The notes beneath the pieces were generated by a model, which worked only from the letters and a program-made list of their open reading frames with translations, was not told the DNA's origin and did not search any database. The position numbers and the translations under genes are program-made. A stretch of DNA of 64,000 bases from Somniosus microcephalus (taxonomy: Eukaryota): the NCBI GenBank assembly GCA_052327205.1, contig CM126202.1, positions 83,886,001-83,950,000 on the forward strand, read 5' to 3'. Positions within the stretch are counted from its first letter, which is position 1; each line of letters starts with the position of its first letter. Positions 36,488-49,471 of this stretch are shown here, piece after piece.

Positions 36488-39400
36488 GTATTGTACCTTG
36501 GTCCAAGTCAAAATCAATTTTGTGTGCCTGCTGATGAAATTCTGCCATAGAAATGTGTGTTTTTTTGTCCTTTCTCCTTGGTTACTTCCTACTTCTGTTC
36601 ACCACCATACTATACAACACATTTTTCCACAAGCAAAATTTTGCCCAAACATACTGCAGTAAAATATGTTCAATGTTGTTACCTGTATCCTTAAAATAAA
36701 CTTACATGATTAATGGACAAAACAGTCAATAATTTACAAAAATCATAAACTTCTCCATCCCATCTTATCTCTCATGGTGTGTTTTCTCCTTCCCCAAATG
36801 CAAAATCAATAGTCTCCATCTTGCGTAAACCCATTCCTGCAAGTAGATAATGCTACACCATCGGAGCTCCAATAACTGCTCAACCAACTTATGCTGAACA
36901 TCATAAAGTGCAAAATGAAAATGCATTTTGCAGTGGACCAAAGACTTGTATATGCTAATGATTTTTTCCCTTCCTGCCTCTGCCATTCTGTGGCTTTGAT
37001 CCCATTGTGAGAAATTGCTGCAGGAAAAGCTAATAATTATGGATCACTGAAGGAAAATATCTGTTAGCAGAGATCACTGGGGACAAAATACTAGGAACAA
37101 TTAAGTGAGGAACAATAATACATTAAAGAATGACAGAGGAGGGAGTGAATAACAGACATGGAATAACAGAGATGGGGAGAGTAACAGCTGCACCAAGAGT
37201 AATTGAGAGTAACTGTGTGAGTCTGAGGGGGATCCCCAGGCTGCTTGATGTGCTGTGTACCTCTGTTTGTTACACTCAGCCTTTCTCTCGTGCTCTTACT
37301 GTGTCTGTCAGCAGCTTCATAAACACAGCTACATCTTGCATAGGTTTAAGACACTCAGGGATTTGAATCTTTTTTCCTTTTCTCCAAGGCTGCTGGTTTA
37401 TAGCTTATATGTATTTAATTTTAATTGAATTATTGTGAATGAAGATGTTACAATGATTGATTGTAAGTTCTGTATGACATGGTTTCTGTGATTTCTCTAG
37501 GGGTAACACATGGAAAACCTTAGCATGGATTTAAAAAACAGGGTGGAGTACTGGTTTAAATCTGTGACTAACTAATCATATTGACCTTGTTTATAACAGG
37601 TGGTTCTTGTTTGTTATATGTTGATTGCTGAAGGCTGATGCACTGTAGCCACAAAATAAACTAATTGGGGAACATGAGAGTTTGTTGCAATTAGTTTTTT
37701 GTGCTGAATAATACTGACATCATTATTTTTATAAGAACTTAGTTTTAAAAGTGGTTGTAACATTGAAAGCTGTTCAGCCCCTCTCCCTCCCTCCCTGCAC
37801 ACTGGTCAGCTGTTTAAAATACCAATGATAGTGCATTGTTAGAGAGTGTAACCAGATGACCAAACAAGTATTCTCACCTGTGCTCTACAGCTGAGCAGTG
37901 CATCAAGAAAGATGATGGGATTGCTGGGCAGGACGTTTGCTGACTGCATTTATGACCTAGTTGACAAGTCTTCAGTGCAGACCCAACAGGCTGTCCTCTG
38001 AAATGTTCAGCTACAGTCACAGTGCTAACTACTGCCACACTTTAGCTTATCCTTCTCAATTTTGCTGATTTTAAACTTGCCTCGGACTAATGTTAGTAAG
38101 TTACTGATAATCAGTTCATTGCCACCATCTGTTCAGTCTATTGAATTGAAGGGGACAGTGAGCTGATGAACAGTGGTAGTTAGTGCTTGACTGCAACTGG
38201 AAGTTATGGGGGAGAAAGAACTCATTTGTTACACCTGATCTACACTCTTAGTACAGTTACAGTGAGGCTGTAATGTAGTTTAATGACCATTTCTGACTCA
38301 ACCCAAGCTGTTTTGGTTCCAAAGTAGAATTGGTGTGTAACTGGAAATGGGGCAAACGGGGTCCCCCATTGTTTCAATACCATATTTGGCATCTAGCTAC
38401 TGTGTAATTCAAGGTATTCATTCAAGGTATGCGGCGGCTTATAGTTAATTGCATACAGGAAAAAGGTTGATCCAAAGTATTTCCACCATTCGTGCACAGT
38501 GTTTCATATGAAATTCTTTTATGATCTATTGAAGCACAGGGTTTGTCAAATGTGGGACAAATTCCTGTAACTGCTCATTGAAGTGACTGAGGGATACAAC
38601 TGTGTACAAATTGGCAATATAAGTAACTACACTTCAAAAGTAGTTCATTGGAGTTGAAGCACTTTAGAATATCCTGGATGTGATAACTTGCTATATGAAT
38701 ACAAATCCCATTACTGGAAACTTTCTGGTATCCGGCACTGACTGGACCGAGCTGGTGCCGTACCATCAAAACTGCCGTAGAAACCAGTGCTAATGTTAAA
38801 ACATACGGAGCTTTTGAGCTCCGTGTGAATCAACAAACCCTAACAGCTTCAAAACAGTCGGCCGCAGCTTAAAAGCGTCTCTGTAGCTAAGCAACAGCTT
38901 CAGCTAGACCTTGCAGAGCCTGATTGGGGAAAAAAAAAAGCAACGAGAAGTAAAAAAAACTTGTAGGAAACGGCTCCTGAATTTTGCTGGTAGATAGAGC
39001 TTTCCGGACATTAAACGAAAGTTTCCTGTACAAGTTTAATAGCAGTTTTGGGTCAGGAGAGAATATTGAAGTGGGATTCATGTAGCTTGAGTGAGTTGAG
39101 GCTTTTTTCATTTAGTCAGTAACTTTGATTTTTCACTCCAGGGCATCAGAGGTGCCTTATCTCTGGGACATGTACCACTCTGAATTGGTTTAAATTTTAG
39201 ATTACAACACAGATACAGATTTTAGGTTTCTGGTCAACTTGTACATCTCCAAAATAAAAAGTGGTATCCATACTGTAAATGCAATATTTGTGTTTTATGA
39301 CCAAGACTGGTTTACAGGCCTTTGTAATGAATAGGGGTCAACAGTAACAGTGTTGCACCATAAATGAAGTAGCCTATTTTTTTTCCCTAAAGAAATGTTG

Positions 39401-39834
39401 AACATTTTGAGATGGCACTTGACATTGCTGTGTCTATTTTACAGGGCTGCATCTGTTGGTGCTTGTGTTGTAAAAAGCAATCTCATAAACTTAATTGGGT
39501 ATTAAATGAAACTTGTATTGACCAGGAGAGTCAGGAGGCTCAATTTAAAAACCTAATTGAGAACATGAAACTGAAATCACGTGGTGCAATATTACTAACA
39601 AATGGGTTCTTACAAAATTTGCCTTGTCCACTATTTTAACAAAAGTTTCACCTGTTTATTTTGAATGCGATGGTACCTCTTAAAACAGCAGTTAACTTCA
39701 TTTTTTGGGGATGTTAACTTAATTATATTGTAACCCCTATATATTTTATCTTGTGGTTTGTTTAAACTATATTATAAACAAATTAGAATATGCAAAAACC
39801 TTTCAGTGAACTTCGGTTTGAATTTTTATTTCAG

Positions 39835-39964
39835 CTATAAAATCTTCCCAGTGCTCAAACCAGAGCTGTTAGACCGACCACAGGAAGTGAAAATGCCTAT
39901 CAAACTTTTAATTGGAGCTACTAACCCCAGCAGTCCAGCCCTCATGGCAAAAAGAACTAAACAG
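39835..39964 (+). CDS. DENND4C: DENND4C exon (S)YKIFPVLKPELLDRPQE...MAKRTKQ
   Basis: ttatttcag|C TAT...CAG|gtgagg; 130 nt. Confidence 0.94.
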
Positions 39965-40341
39965 GTGAGGGAAGTTTTATGTGCAGGTTTAAACAATAGT
40001 ACTTAGTTCGTACGGATACCTGTTAACATCTTAGCATTTCATCTGTGTTCTGCAGTAAATGTGTTTACATGTCCTAATGGTAGGTATAAAAAGGGAGCAG
40101 AATATCTTGTAGAAGGGGGGCTTTTTAATACAAATATACTAACATTATACCGTACTAAAACTTAAACTATTTGTCAGACTTTGGCTAAGTCTGAAGGTGC
40201 TTACTCTATCAAGTTGTTCAAATTGAGAGCAAAAGCTAAAGAATTGGAAAACCACAGAGAATTTATTGGAAAGAAGCGAATATACTTTAACATTGTTGTA
40301 TTGCTACATACTGGAGAAATGATCAATACTTTGCTTCACAG

Positions 40342-40548
40342 GAGATAAAAACTGCCCAGAAAATTGCAAAGAAATACTTCTCAATCCCTGCACTCTGGTC
40401 CAAGTGCTTGTTCAGCCATTGTTACAGTCTTTGGTTCATTTGCCTGCCAGCATATGTCGGGGTCTCCCATTTCAAGGTCAGAGCATTGCAGCAAGCATAC
40501 AGTGTACTCATCAAAATGAGAAATATGAAAGTGGATCCACTAGATGAG
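40342..40548 (+). CDS. DENND4C: DENND4C exon [12 protein letters not shown]...[12 protein letters not shown]...VDPLDE (GC donor)
   Basis: cttcacag|GAG...GATGAG|gcaagt; 207 nt; not in ORF track; GC donor is required to join DPLDE to VCYR. Confidence 0.92.
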
Positions 40549-40965
40549 GCAAGTGCACATTTCACCTCAATAAAAATATGATTTGCAGGTAAGTTGAAGA
40601 TTGCAGTGTAATTTTACACACATACTACTGATTTGTTTATTGTCTTTGAGTATCTGTCTCTAGAAATGTCAGCGTTAGTTGGCTGTTCACTATAATGAAA
40701 TCCCAAAAAATCCAATGTGCTATAATTTATGAAAAGCTGTTACTAATTCAAATGTTTGAAGATTTTTCCAAAGTTTCGTAACAGGCTCAAGGAGCTTAAC
40801 GGCCTACTCCTGTTCCTATGTTATTAGATTAAGAAATGTTTCAATAGCAGTGTTGTATGAAACTGAGCTGTACTTCTGTCAGTGCTGTTTCGGCTCACTA
40901 TTTTCATTCTGTTCTGTGCACAAATGGAATTCACTTTCTTGTTTTTTTTTCTTTACCATGTATAG

Positions 40966-41094
40966 GTGTGCTACAGGGTTTTGATGCAATTGTGTGGACT
41001 CTTGGAGCACCCAGTACTTGCTGTTAGAGTTCTGTTTGAAATGAAAAATGCAGGTGTGCAACCGAATGCCATTACTTATGGTTATTACAACAAA
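40966..41094 (+). CDS. DENND4C: DENND4C exon [11 protein letters not shown]...[14 protein letters not shown]-like repeat
   Basis: catgtatag|GTG...AAA|gtaagt; 129 nt. Confidence 0.95.
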
Positions 41095-41924
41095 GTAAGT
41101 TGAAAACTAAATCTGTTTGTAATGTGTGGTGCAGGAAAGTTATGTGAATATTTTTCATGGCCTCAAAACCATTACTGCAAATTCACAAACAAATTATGAA
41201 GGGCCAAATGGCTTTCTTCATAAAGATCTTATGAATTGCGAGCAGCTTTTTATTATGGGGCTGTCACCAGAAGGCAACTGGCATTTCCCAAAGTCATTTT
41301 TTTTTTAGGATAATTGGAGCAAGCTGAAGGAGATTACTTTCTCAGCCTGGGCTAGCTTTGCCTTAGATGTCTGGGGTAAAGGAATTCAGTGACACCAAAG
41401 AGCTATTGAGGCAGAGACTTGACCAATATTTAAAAGGAAATGGGATGTATTTGGGGGGAAAAAAAGCAACATAAAAGGTAAACTCTTTTTACTAGGTCCG
41501 AGCATAGGGAATGGTCTAGAAATGTTGGTGCTGAGCAGAGTTTAGGATGATATGCCCTGCGAGAAACGGCCCAACACTGAGCCCACTGCTCTTTGTGCGA
41601 CCTCTCCAGTTGGTTCAGGTCGGTCTATGCTAGCCGGTATGCAGCCCATGTACTGATTGGCTCCCAGTTCATAGTCACCTTCATGCAGAACCCGTGTCCA
41701 AGGAGATAGGGAAAGAGATGGGCCCTGTTGGAAATGCAACACCTTTTCCAGTGCAGGGGGATGCTGGCTGTAGTTTCAGGGTGAATATCAGCAGGTTATA
41801 GGGTAAGATTATAAGGGGAAGCTAGTTAAGTACCTGAGGAAGAAAAGAATAGAAGGATATGGTGATAGGATGAGATATTAAGTGAGGTGGGAAGAGGCTT
41901 GTGTGGAGCATAAGCACAGGTTTT

Positions 41925-42284
41925 TTAAATTTATTTTTTATTCATTGATGGGATGTGGGCGTCGCTGGCTGGCTAGGCCTGCATTTAGTGCCCATCCCTA
42001 ATTGCCCTTGAGAAGATGGTGGTGAGCCGCCTTCTTGAACCGCTGCAGTCCATATGGTGTAGGTACACCCACAATGCTGTTAGGAAGGGAGTTCCAGGAT
42101 TTTGGCCCAGCGACAGTGAAGGAACGGCGATACAGGTCCAAGTCAGGATGGTGTGTGGCTTGGAGGGGAACTTGTAGGTGGTGATGTTCCCATGCGTCTG
42201 CTGCCCTTGTCCTTCTAAGTGGTAGAGGTCGCGGGTTTGGAAGGTGCTGTTGAAGGAGCTTTGGCGAGTTGCTGCAGTGCATCA
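41925..42284 (-). mobile_element. CR1-Zenon-like LINE 3' end
   Basis: RRSFTVAGPKSWNSLPNSIVG...QRFKKAAHHHLLKG C-terminus. Confidence 0.75.
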
Positions 42285-43069
42285 GTGCTAGTTACAGGTC
42301 GGATATCCAGGCATTCCACCTATTACAACCGTTGCATACAACCAACTGGAATACCATAACTCACTGATGGTCTATGAGTGGAATCTGTGTTACCAGTATT
42401 ATTAATTATTGGTGCAATTTCAGTGCGTTACTGTTAGTTATTGGTGGGATCAAAATTCCTTCCACCTCCTGACTTCCCTTGCGATTCTCTCCCCCACTTT
42501 GAAATGTCTCCCACCCCCTACTTCCCTGCCCTCTGTTTCTCCTTTTCACCTGCTCACGGGAAGCCTACTGGTTCTCTGAACTTCTCACATAACAGCTGCT
42601 AGTGCGAAACCACAAGCCAAGATTCTTATCTACAGTGACCCAGCCTTTAAGGTAAATGCAATAACATTTGCAGACTTCACGTGGTCAGACCTCCTGGAAT
42701 ACCTCCAACCAGAGTTGGTAATCGTGCACACACCATGTGGGGGTCACAGTAAAAGTCAGCAGACATCCGCTGAAGTTACCATCTGATTGGTCCCTGCTAA
42801 CCACATGATCTGATATAGGAACCCATCACCAGTGAGATGCACGGTTATTTGTACATACTAATCAAATGTCTGAAAGTAGGGTTCATAGATGTATGATTTC
42901 ACAAAACTTGGGTGTACATAATGCTCATCTAGAAGGTTTGAGTTTCAGTTCCAGGACTGCAGCTTAGCCCACGCATGTTTTTAGGCCTCACTTGCTTCTG
43001 ATGGGGCAAAGGTTGGTAGAGATGAGTTTAAACCTATTGATTTTCACCACTTAGGATTGTATTATATTA

Positions 43070-43785
43070 TGAGGCCAAACCTTGATGTCATGGTTAATCC
43101 CAAGATGAGTTTCCAACTGCACATCCATGCCATCGCAAAGGCCACCTATTTCCACCTCTAACATTGCCTGACACCACCCCCCCCCCCCCCCCCAAACTTG
43201 CTCATTTGCTGAAGCCCTCCATGCCTTTTTTACCATTAGACTTGACTATTCCAACTCGCTCACTCCTGGCCAGCTTCACACTTTCTATCCTCTGTAAACT
43301 TGAGGTCATCCAAAATTTGCTGCCCATGTCCTAACTCTCACCAAGTCCTGTTCTCCATCACCCCTGTGCTCGCTACTTTGGCTCCTGGTTAAGCAACACC
43401 TCGATTTTCAAATTCTCATACTTATTTTCAAATCCCTCCATGGCCTCGCCCCACCCTATCTCTAATATCCCCCAGCCCTATAACCCTCTGAAATATCTGT
43501 GCTCCTCTTATCCTGCCTCTTGAGCATCCCCAATTTTAATTGCTCCACTGTTGGCTGTGCCTTCAGCTGCCAAGGCGCTCAATCCCGGAATTCCCTCCCC
43601 TAAACCCCTCCGCCTCTCTTTCCTCAATTAAGACGCTCCTTAAAACCTACTTCTTTTGATCAAGCTTTTTGGTCATCTGCCCTAATCTCCTTATGTGGCT
43701 CTGTCAAATTTTGTTTGGTAACGCTTCTGTGAGGCGCCTTGATGTTTTGCTACATTAAAGGCGCTATATAAATGCAAGTTTGTTA
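43070..43785 (+). mobile_element. L2-type LINE 3' fragment
   Basis: RLDYSNSLL, HITPVLA and FKILIL-FKSLHGLAP motifs; AAAGGCGCTATATAAATGCAAGTT tail. Confidence 0.85.
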
Positions 43786-44360
43786 TCAATTTGAGACTGG
43801 TACTTACTGTAGAGCAATATGAGCTAGCAGTGTAGAGTTAGAGTCTGATATTTTCAAGCCAGGCAAAGCAGGGCTTTGTGTATGCATACTTACTTGTGCA
43901 GAGCTTTGCTCACCGACATTCAAATTCTGGCTCTATTGTAAACTTTAAGAAGTTAGTTAGATTTTCATTGTCTGGGTTCGTTTTAAAGTTTGCTTAACAA
44001 GTTAGTTATACTGCATCTGGTGCTGTGAGAGAACATCTCCCTTGAGGTGGTAGCACTGTTTTCCAGAATTCAGTGTGTCATCAGATTGGTAACTTTAATC
44101 TCCAAATATTGCTGTCTTTGCTAACAAAGGAACAGTTTGAACCATTGCAGAAATGGCAATATAACAGGGCCACTGGTCATGTTGCATTAGCCACGCCTGT
44201 GTTTGATAACACTTCTGTGAAGCGCCTTGGGATGATTTATTACATTAAAGGTTGTAGCCTGACGGTAATTGTCAGGGCTGGTGGAGCACATAGTGAGTGA
44301 AAAAAGTTAAATAACTGTGTAGATGGAATAAAAATAAATATTTTAAAAGACTAAAGTTGT

Positions 44361-45148
44361 CAGCTGTGGCTCAGTTGGTAGCACTCTCGCCTCCTGAGTC
44401 AGAAGGTTGTAGGTTCAAGTCACACTCCAGAGACTTGAGCACAAAAATCTAGGCTGACACTCTAGTGCAGTACTTGAGGGAGTGCTGCACTGTCAGAGGT
44501 ACTGTCTTTCAGATGAGACGTTCAACCGAGGCCTCGTCTACTCTTTCCGGTGAATGTAAAAGATCCTATGGCACTATTTTCGAGAAGAGCAGGGGTGTCC
44601 TAGCCAATATTTATCCCTCAACAACAGCAACTTGTATTTATATAGCGCCTTTAACGTAGTAAAAAGTTCCAAGGCGCTGCACAGGAGTATTTTAAGACAC
44701 AAAATTTGACACCAATTCACATCAGGAGAAATTAGGGCAGGTGACCAAAAGCTTGGTCAAAGAGGTAGGTTTTAAGGAGCGTCTTAAAGGAGGAAAGAGA
44801 GGTAGCGAGGTGGACAGGTTTAGGTAGGGAATTCCAGAGCTTAGGGCCTAGGCAACAGAAGGCACGGCCACCAAAGGTTGAGTGATTATAATCTGGGATG
44901 CACAAGAGGGTAGAATTAGAGGTGTGCAGATATCTTGGGGGGATAGTTGTGGGGCTGAAGGAGATCAACATCTATAACATTATCTGGTCATTATCGCAAT
45001 GCTGTTTGTGGGAGCTTGCTGTGTGCAAATTGGCTGCCGTGTTTCCTACAGTACAACAGTGACTACACTTCAAAAAGTACTTTATTGGCTGTAAAGCCCT
45101 TTGGGACGTCTGGTGGTCGTGAAAGACACTATATAAATGCAAGTCTTA
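44361..45148 (+). mobile_element. Near full-length SacSINE1/DeuSINE-type SINE interrupted by an L2 3' end
   Basis: A-box TGGCTCAGTTGG, B-box GGTTCAAGTC, Deu domain and L2-like tail; ends about 50 nt before the exon at 45202. Confidence 0.85.
44621..44965 (-). mobile_element. L2-type LINE 3' end nested in a SINE
   Basis: GGRAFCCLGPKLWNSLPKPVHLATSLSSFKTLLKTYLFDQAF (ORF 44732..44971). Confidence 0.88.
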
Positions 45149-45201
45149 AGTATTTCTGTTATTACCTCTGAACTTGTGGGTGATGGACTTCCTTTTTGTA
45201 G

Positions 45202-45349
45202 GCTGTTTTGGAGAGTCCCTGGCCCAGCAGTAATCGCAGTGGTTGCCTTTTGTGGACAAAAGTGCGGAATGTAGTTCGTGGTGTCGCGCAGTTTCGTCAA
45301 GTGTTTAAGAAATCGAGCTCTGCGAATGCCCAAGTTCCATTGATCTCAG
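45202..45349 (+). CDS. DENND4C: DENND4C exon [14 protein letters not shown]...QVPLIS(G)
   Basis: tttttgtag|GCT...TCA G|gtaacc; 148 nt. Confidence 0.95.
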
Positions 45350-46304
45350 GTAACCATTTTAAAGGAGCAAAGTTGATGTGTTGGGAACTGATTTTTTTTA
45401 AGTAATGGAGTGACTGCTGTGATTTTTTTTGGGGGGTGGGAGCAGATGAGAGGTTCTGTTCATCTCTCTAAATTATGCAGCTGTTTACTGACTTGAAAGA
45501 CCAATAGCAGGAGGGTAACCAAATGGTGTCTCCTGGTTTCCTGAACTTTTTTCTCTCTAGTATGCTGAAAAAGAAAAAAAGTTGTGCAGATCCAGGATGT
45601 TACAATATGCGGTGCTCCAATAAACACATGAGCCAGATGGAGCAAGCAGGGCTGGAGCATTTTCATGCAATACCTTTTCAAATTGTGTAGTACCTTTCAC
45701 TAACTTAGTAAATCTAACTGAAAATGACTTTGCCAATTAGTCACCTGATGAAGACATCTTTTGGGCCATTATGCTAATGTTTGAAAGCAGCTCTATGTTC
45801 CAGCTAATGAAATTGCATTGTTTGTTGAGTGAGATGATTTAATCAGTGGGAGAGTACATACCAGTGGCCAATTTTTTTTTAAAAACAGGCTGATGACTCT
45901 CCTAGGCCCTGTTGCAAGGCTATGGAACAAAAGAAATGTTGAATTATTTTTTAATTTGTCTAAGCATAAATTACTGCCAACATACTGGCAGGAAGAGAGA
46001 ACTGAAGTGAACAACATAAATGGGAACTGCAGAAGTGAAAAGATCATAACAGGGAAGCTGATTGAACTGGTAGAATTCAATTCAATTTGTAGATATAATC
46101 GAATCCAGTTAAAATGATCAAGTTGGACGGATTCCCAAATGATGTCCATAAATATTGATTTGACCAATGCTTCAGAGATGTAAACAGTTGATGCAGTCAA
46201 TGATACCATTAGAGAGCACAAAGAAGTAAGGATTACTGCCACTATTCCCTCTTGCCATCTTTTTGTGGAGTTTGCACAAACTGATGAGGACAGATTACCT
46301 TTAT

Positions 46305-46934
46305 TGGAAGTGTGAGCTGATAATGGCGCAGCGAGGTCAACTGGGCACCTGGCACCTTGGTGAACGACGGACAACGTCTATCTCCTTAACCAATGAGATT
46401 TAAGGATAAAGAAAGAAACAAGAACGACTGAGAAGGAAATGGGATTAATTTGAGTCAAATTAGATACAGAAAGATAAATAAAGGGAAAGAAAGATTGCAT
46501 TGAGTGGAAAAAAGTGACTAAGCAAAGGTAAGAACAAAAATTAAAATATTTAACCTCTAGGAACAATTTGTTACCTGCAGGAATGAGACTTCACAGTTTC
46601 AATTGTTCCCTTTCTGGACTAGGAAAGTTGAGTGGCATTGCAGGATCACAAATCTCGTCATTTAAAAGGGCCCTTGCGTCGTTACTTTCTGTGGCGTGTT
46701 TAATTCATTTTAACAGCGCAAATCCAGCAATTTCTTGAAACTCGCGGGGAGGTTGACGGTAAGCTCCTGGTTTTTACGAAGCTAGCAGTGGAGCGGCACA
46801 AGTCGTCCAGCAATTTGTGGCGACTCGCAACTTAAGCCGTATCTCTTCCACGCCTCAAATTGCTGGGTTATGTACGCAATAATAACGGCGCGCGCATTCA
46901 ACTCGCTGTTATTTTCCCAGCAAATTCTGGGCCA
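46305..46934. mobile_element. Harbinger-like MITE remnant
   Basis: Right end CAGCAAATTCTGGGCC; GGAATGAGACT-CAC motif shared with the MITEs at 9728 and 48111; left TIR not identified. Confidence 0.4.
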
Positions 46935-47044
46935 TTGTCTTTCTAGGAAGGAAATTGAGGATATCCAGGTAATGAAAAGATACTGGGCCTGAGTGATTTT
47001 TATTGAGAATGGGAGCTTCACTGTTTGTAAAGCAAGTGAGGAAG

Positions 47045-47958
47045 TTTTTTTTATTTTTTATTCGTTTGTGATGTGGGCGTCACTGGCAAGGCCAGCATTT
47101 ATTGCCCATCCCTAATTACCCTTGAGAAGGTGGTGGTGTGCCACCGCCTTGAATCGATGGCGTCCGTGTGGTGAAGGTACTCCCACAGTGCTGTTAGGGA
47201 GTTCCAGGATTTTGACCCAGCAACGGTGAATGCTCTGCGATCTACTTCTAAGTCAGGATGGTGTGTGACTTGGAGGGGAACTTGGAGGTGGTGGTGTTCC
47301 CATGCGCCTGCTGCCGTTGTCCTAGGTGGAAGAGGTCACGGGTTTGGGAGGTGCTGCCGAAGAAGCCTTGGCGAGTTGCTACAGTTCATCTTGTAGATGG
47401 TACACACTGCAGCCATGGTACGTGGTGGAGGGAGTGAATGTTTAAGGTGGTGGATGGGGTGCCAATCAAGCGGGCTGCTTTGTCCTGGATGGTGTCGAGC
47501 TTCTTGAGTGTTGTTGGAGCTGCACTCATCCAGGCAAGTGGAGAGTATTCCATCACACTCCTTACTTGTGCCTTGTAGATGGTGGAAAGGCTTTGGTGAG
47601 TCGGGAGGTGAGACACTCTCCGCAGAATACCCAGCCTCTGACCTGCTCTTGTTGCCACAGTATTTATGTGGCTGGTCCAGTTAAGTTTCTGGTCAATGGT
47701 GACCCCCCAGGATGTTGATGGTGGGGGATTCGGCGATGGTAATGCCTTTTAATGTCAAGGGGCGGTGTTTAGACTCTCGCTTGTTGGAGATGGTCATTGC
47801 CTGGCACTTCTATGGCGCGAATGTTACCTGCCACTTATCAGCCCACGCCTGAACGTCGTCCAGGTCTTGTTGCATGCGGGCATGGACTGCTTCATTATCT
47901 GAGGAGTTGTGAATGGCGCTGAACACTGCAGTCATCAGCGAACATCCCCATTTCTGTT
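47045..47958 (-). mobile_element. CR1-Zenon-like LINE, RT C-terminal part and 3' end
   Basis: MFADDC..., YKAQVRSVMEYSPLAW...LDTIQDKAARLI (ORF 47386..47658). Confidence 0.8.
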
Positions 47959-48110
47959 CATTTGCACGGAACAACATGCATATGTTTTGAAAATGGTTTT
48001 AATTGTTACTGCTTCTGTGAATTTTCTGCTGGAGTGCTGCAAAACAAAAGAAAATGGCAGAAATGTTCTTGGCTGGTAACATTGTGTTTTGCTTTTCGCT
48101 CCATTTTATT

Positions 48111-48865
48111 TGGCCGGATTTTACTGTGAAAGTGATGGTGGGGCTAACGGTGCTCACCGTTATTTATGTGTAAGTCAGACAGCAACTTGCAGCGACCCCA
48201 TATGCGCAGTTAAAGGCAGAAATCCGGAAGTTGCTGTCTGAGATGTGACATTCCTTCCCGAAAACACCATCTCGCCGTCTGACTCACCATTCCAATGTAT
48301 TGAACGGTGTGAAGTTCCTGTACTTGCCTCATAGATGTGGACTAAACTCGCCAGCAAAAGTTAGGGCTTGTCCATTCCAGTCTAGGTACCCTTTTAATGC
48401 TGTGCTAAGTCTTGATTACTGCCAAACAACCTCCCTGGCACTGAAAATTAACATTTATAAGCGTGGAGTCTCATTCCTTCAGCTTTCAATTATTGTTGGA
48501 GATTTTTTTTTTTTAAGTTTAATTTTTTTTTTAAATGTTTGTCTCTTTTATATGTCTCTCTTCATCCAATCTTTCTTTCCCTCTATTTCACATTCTGTAC
48601 CTGATTTGACATTGAATTCACTATTCTAACTGATTTCCTGATTTGGAGACTGCTGGTCATTAATAATTCTTCAATCTGATTGGTCAAGGCGATGCACAGT
48701 TGCTTGCCCTGTTCACACATGTCCCAGATGTTCTGTAGAGGGTGCTGCACTTTCTAGATATTTGGCTGACAGTAACTTGCCGTGCAAAACCCCATAGAAA
48801 GTCTATGGGCAAGTGTAATGAGCGGCTGTCACTGTTCACTCATTGGTTAGAGCAAAATTCGGCCC
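48111..48865. mobile_element. PIF/Harbinger-like MITE, opposite orientation to 9728-10526
   Basis: TIRs TGGCCGGATTTT / AAAATTCGGCCC; shared internal ACAGCAACTT..GAAGTTGCTGTC and GTGGAGTCTCATTCCTTCAG. Confidence 0.7.
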
Positions 48866-49342
48866 AATATGTTCCATGAATTTGAACGTAAACTCAATAG
48901 TTCATTAACTTTTAACCACTTTAAGAACTTGATTAGTCTTTGCTGAGCAATTCCTGACAGATTGAACATTGTTTCTATAAATAAGATTGAATAGTGCAAG
49001 AATTGATGCTTTGGTTTTCAGAGAGTTAAAGTTTGCTGTATTCTTGTATCGCTATATTTTCAATGCAAGCTAAGTTTAAAAGAAATAGGTTTTGGTTGGC
49101 AGTCTGGTGCATGAGAGAAAACCTTTCTTGGATAAGTTTTGAACAGACTGAAAAATGCTGCCTTTATGTAACCAGAGGTATGGAGTAGAAACTTCTTTTG
49201 TTAAACATCCATTTTATTTGAAAAGTACTATTTAATAAAAAAGTGGTAGCTTTGGTCAAGGCTTTCCTCCCTCGAAGGTTTCTTATGCAAGTTTTTTCCA
49301 TTTGTTTTTACTTTTCCATACCTCATTTGATGTTCTGAACAG

Positions 49343-49471
49343 GTGGAAGTGATACGGATGCTGTGAGCCATGGTAGCGTGGATAGTTCTAACGATGCTAA
49401 CAATGGAGAGCATGTGCTGTTCATCCGAGACCTAATCAGACTAGATTCCACTGATAATCACGGTAGCACAG
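49343..49471 (+). CDS. DENND4C: DENND4C symmetric exon (G)[42 protein letters not shown], likely cassette
   Basis: ctgaacag|GT GGA...ACA G|gtattg; 129 nt, phase 1-1; not in ORF track. Confidence 0.88.

Noticed and set aside
44361-44430. tRNA genes (also at 51140-51211)
   Set aside because: These are tRNA-derived SINE heads continuous with SINE bodies. There is no complete cloverleaf or acceptor stem.
45561-45620. Possible extra exon after tttttctctctag
   Set aside because: The required phase-1 frame hits TGA at the third codon and there is no good donor.
45793-46374. 193-aa minus-strand ORF
   Set aside because: No recognisable domain. It spans a repeat boundary and has intron-like composition.
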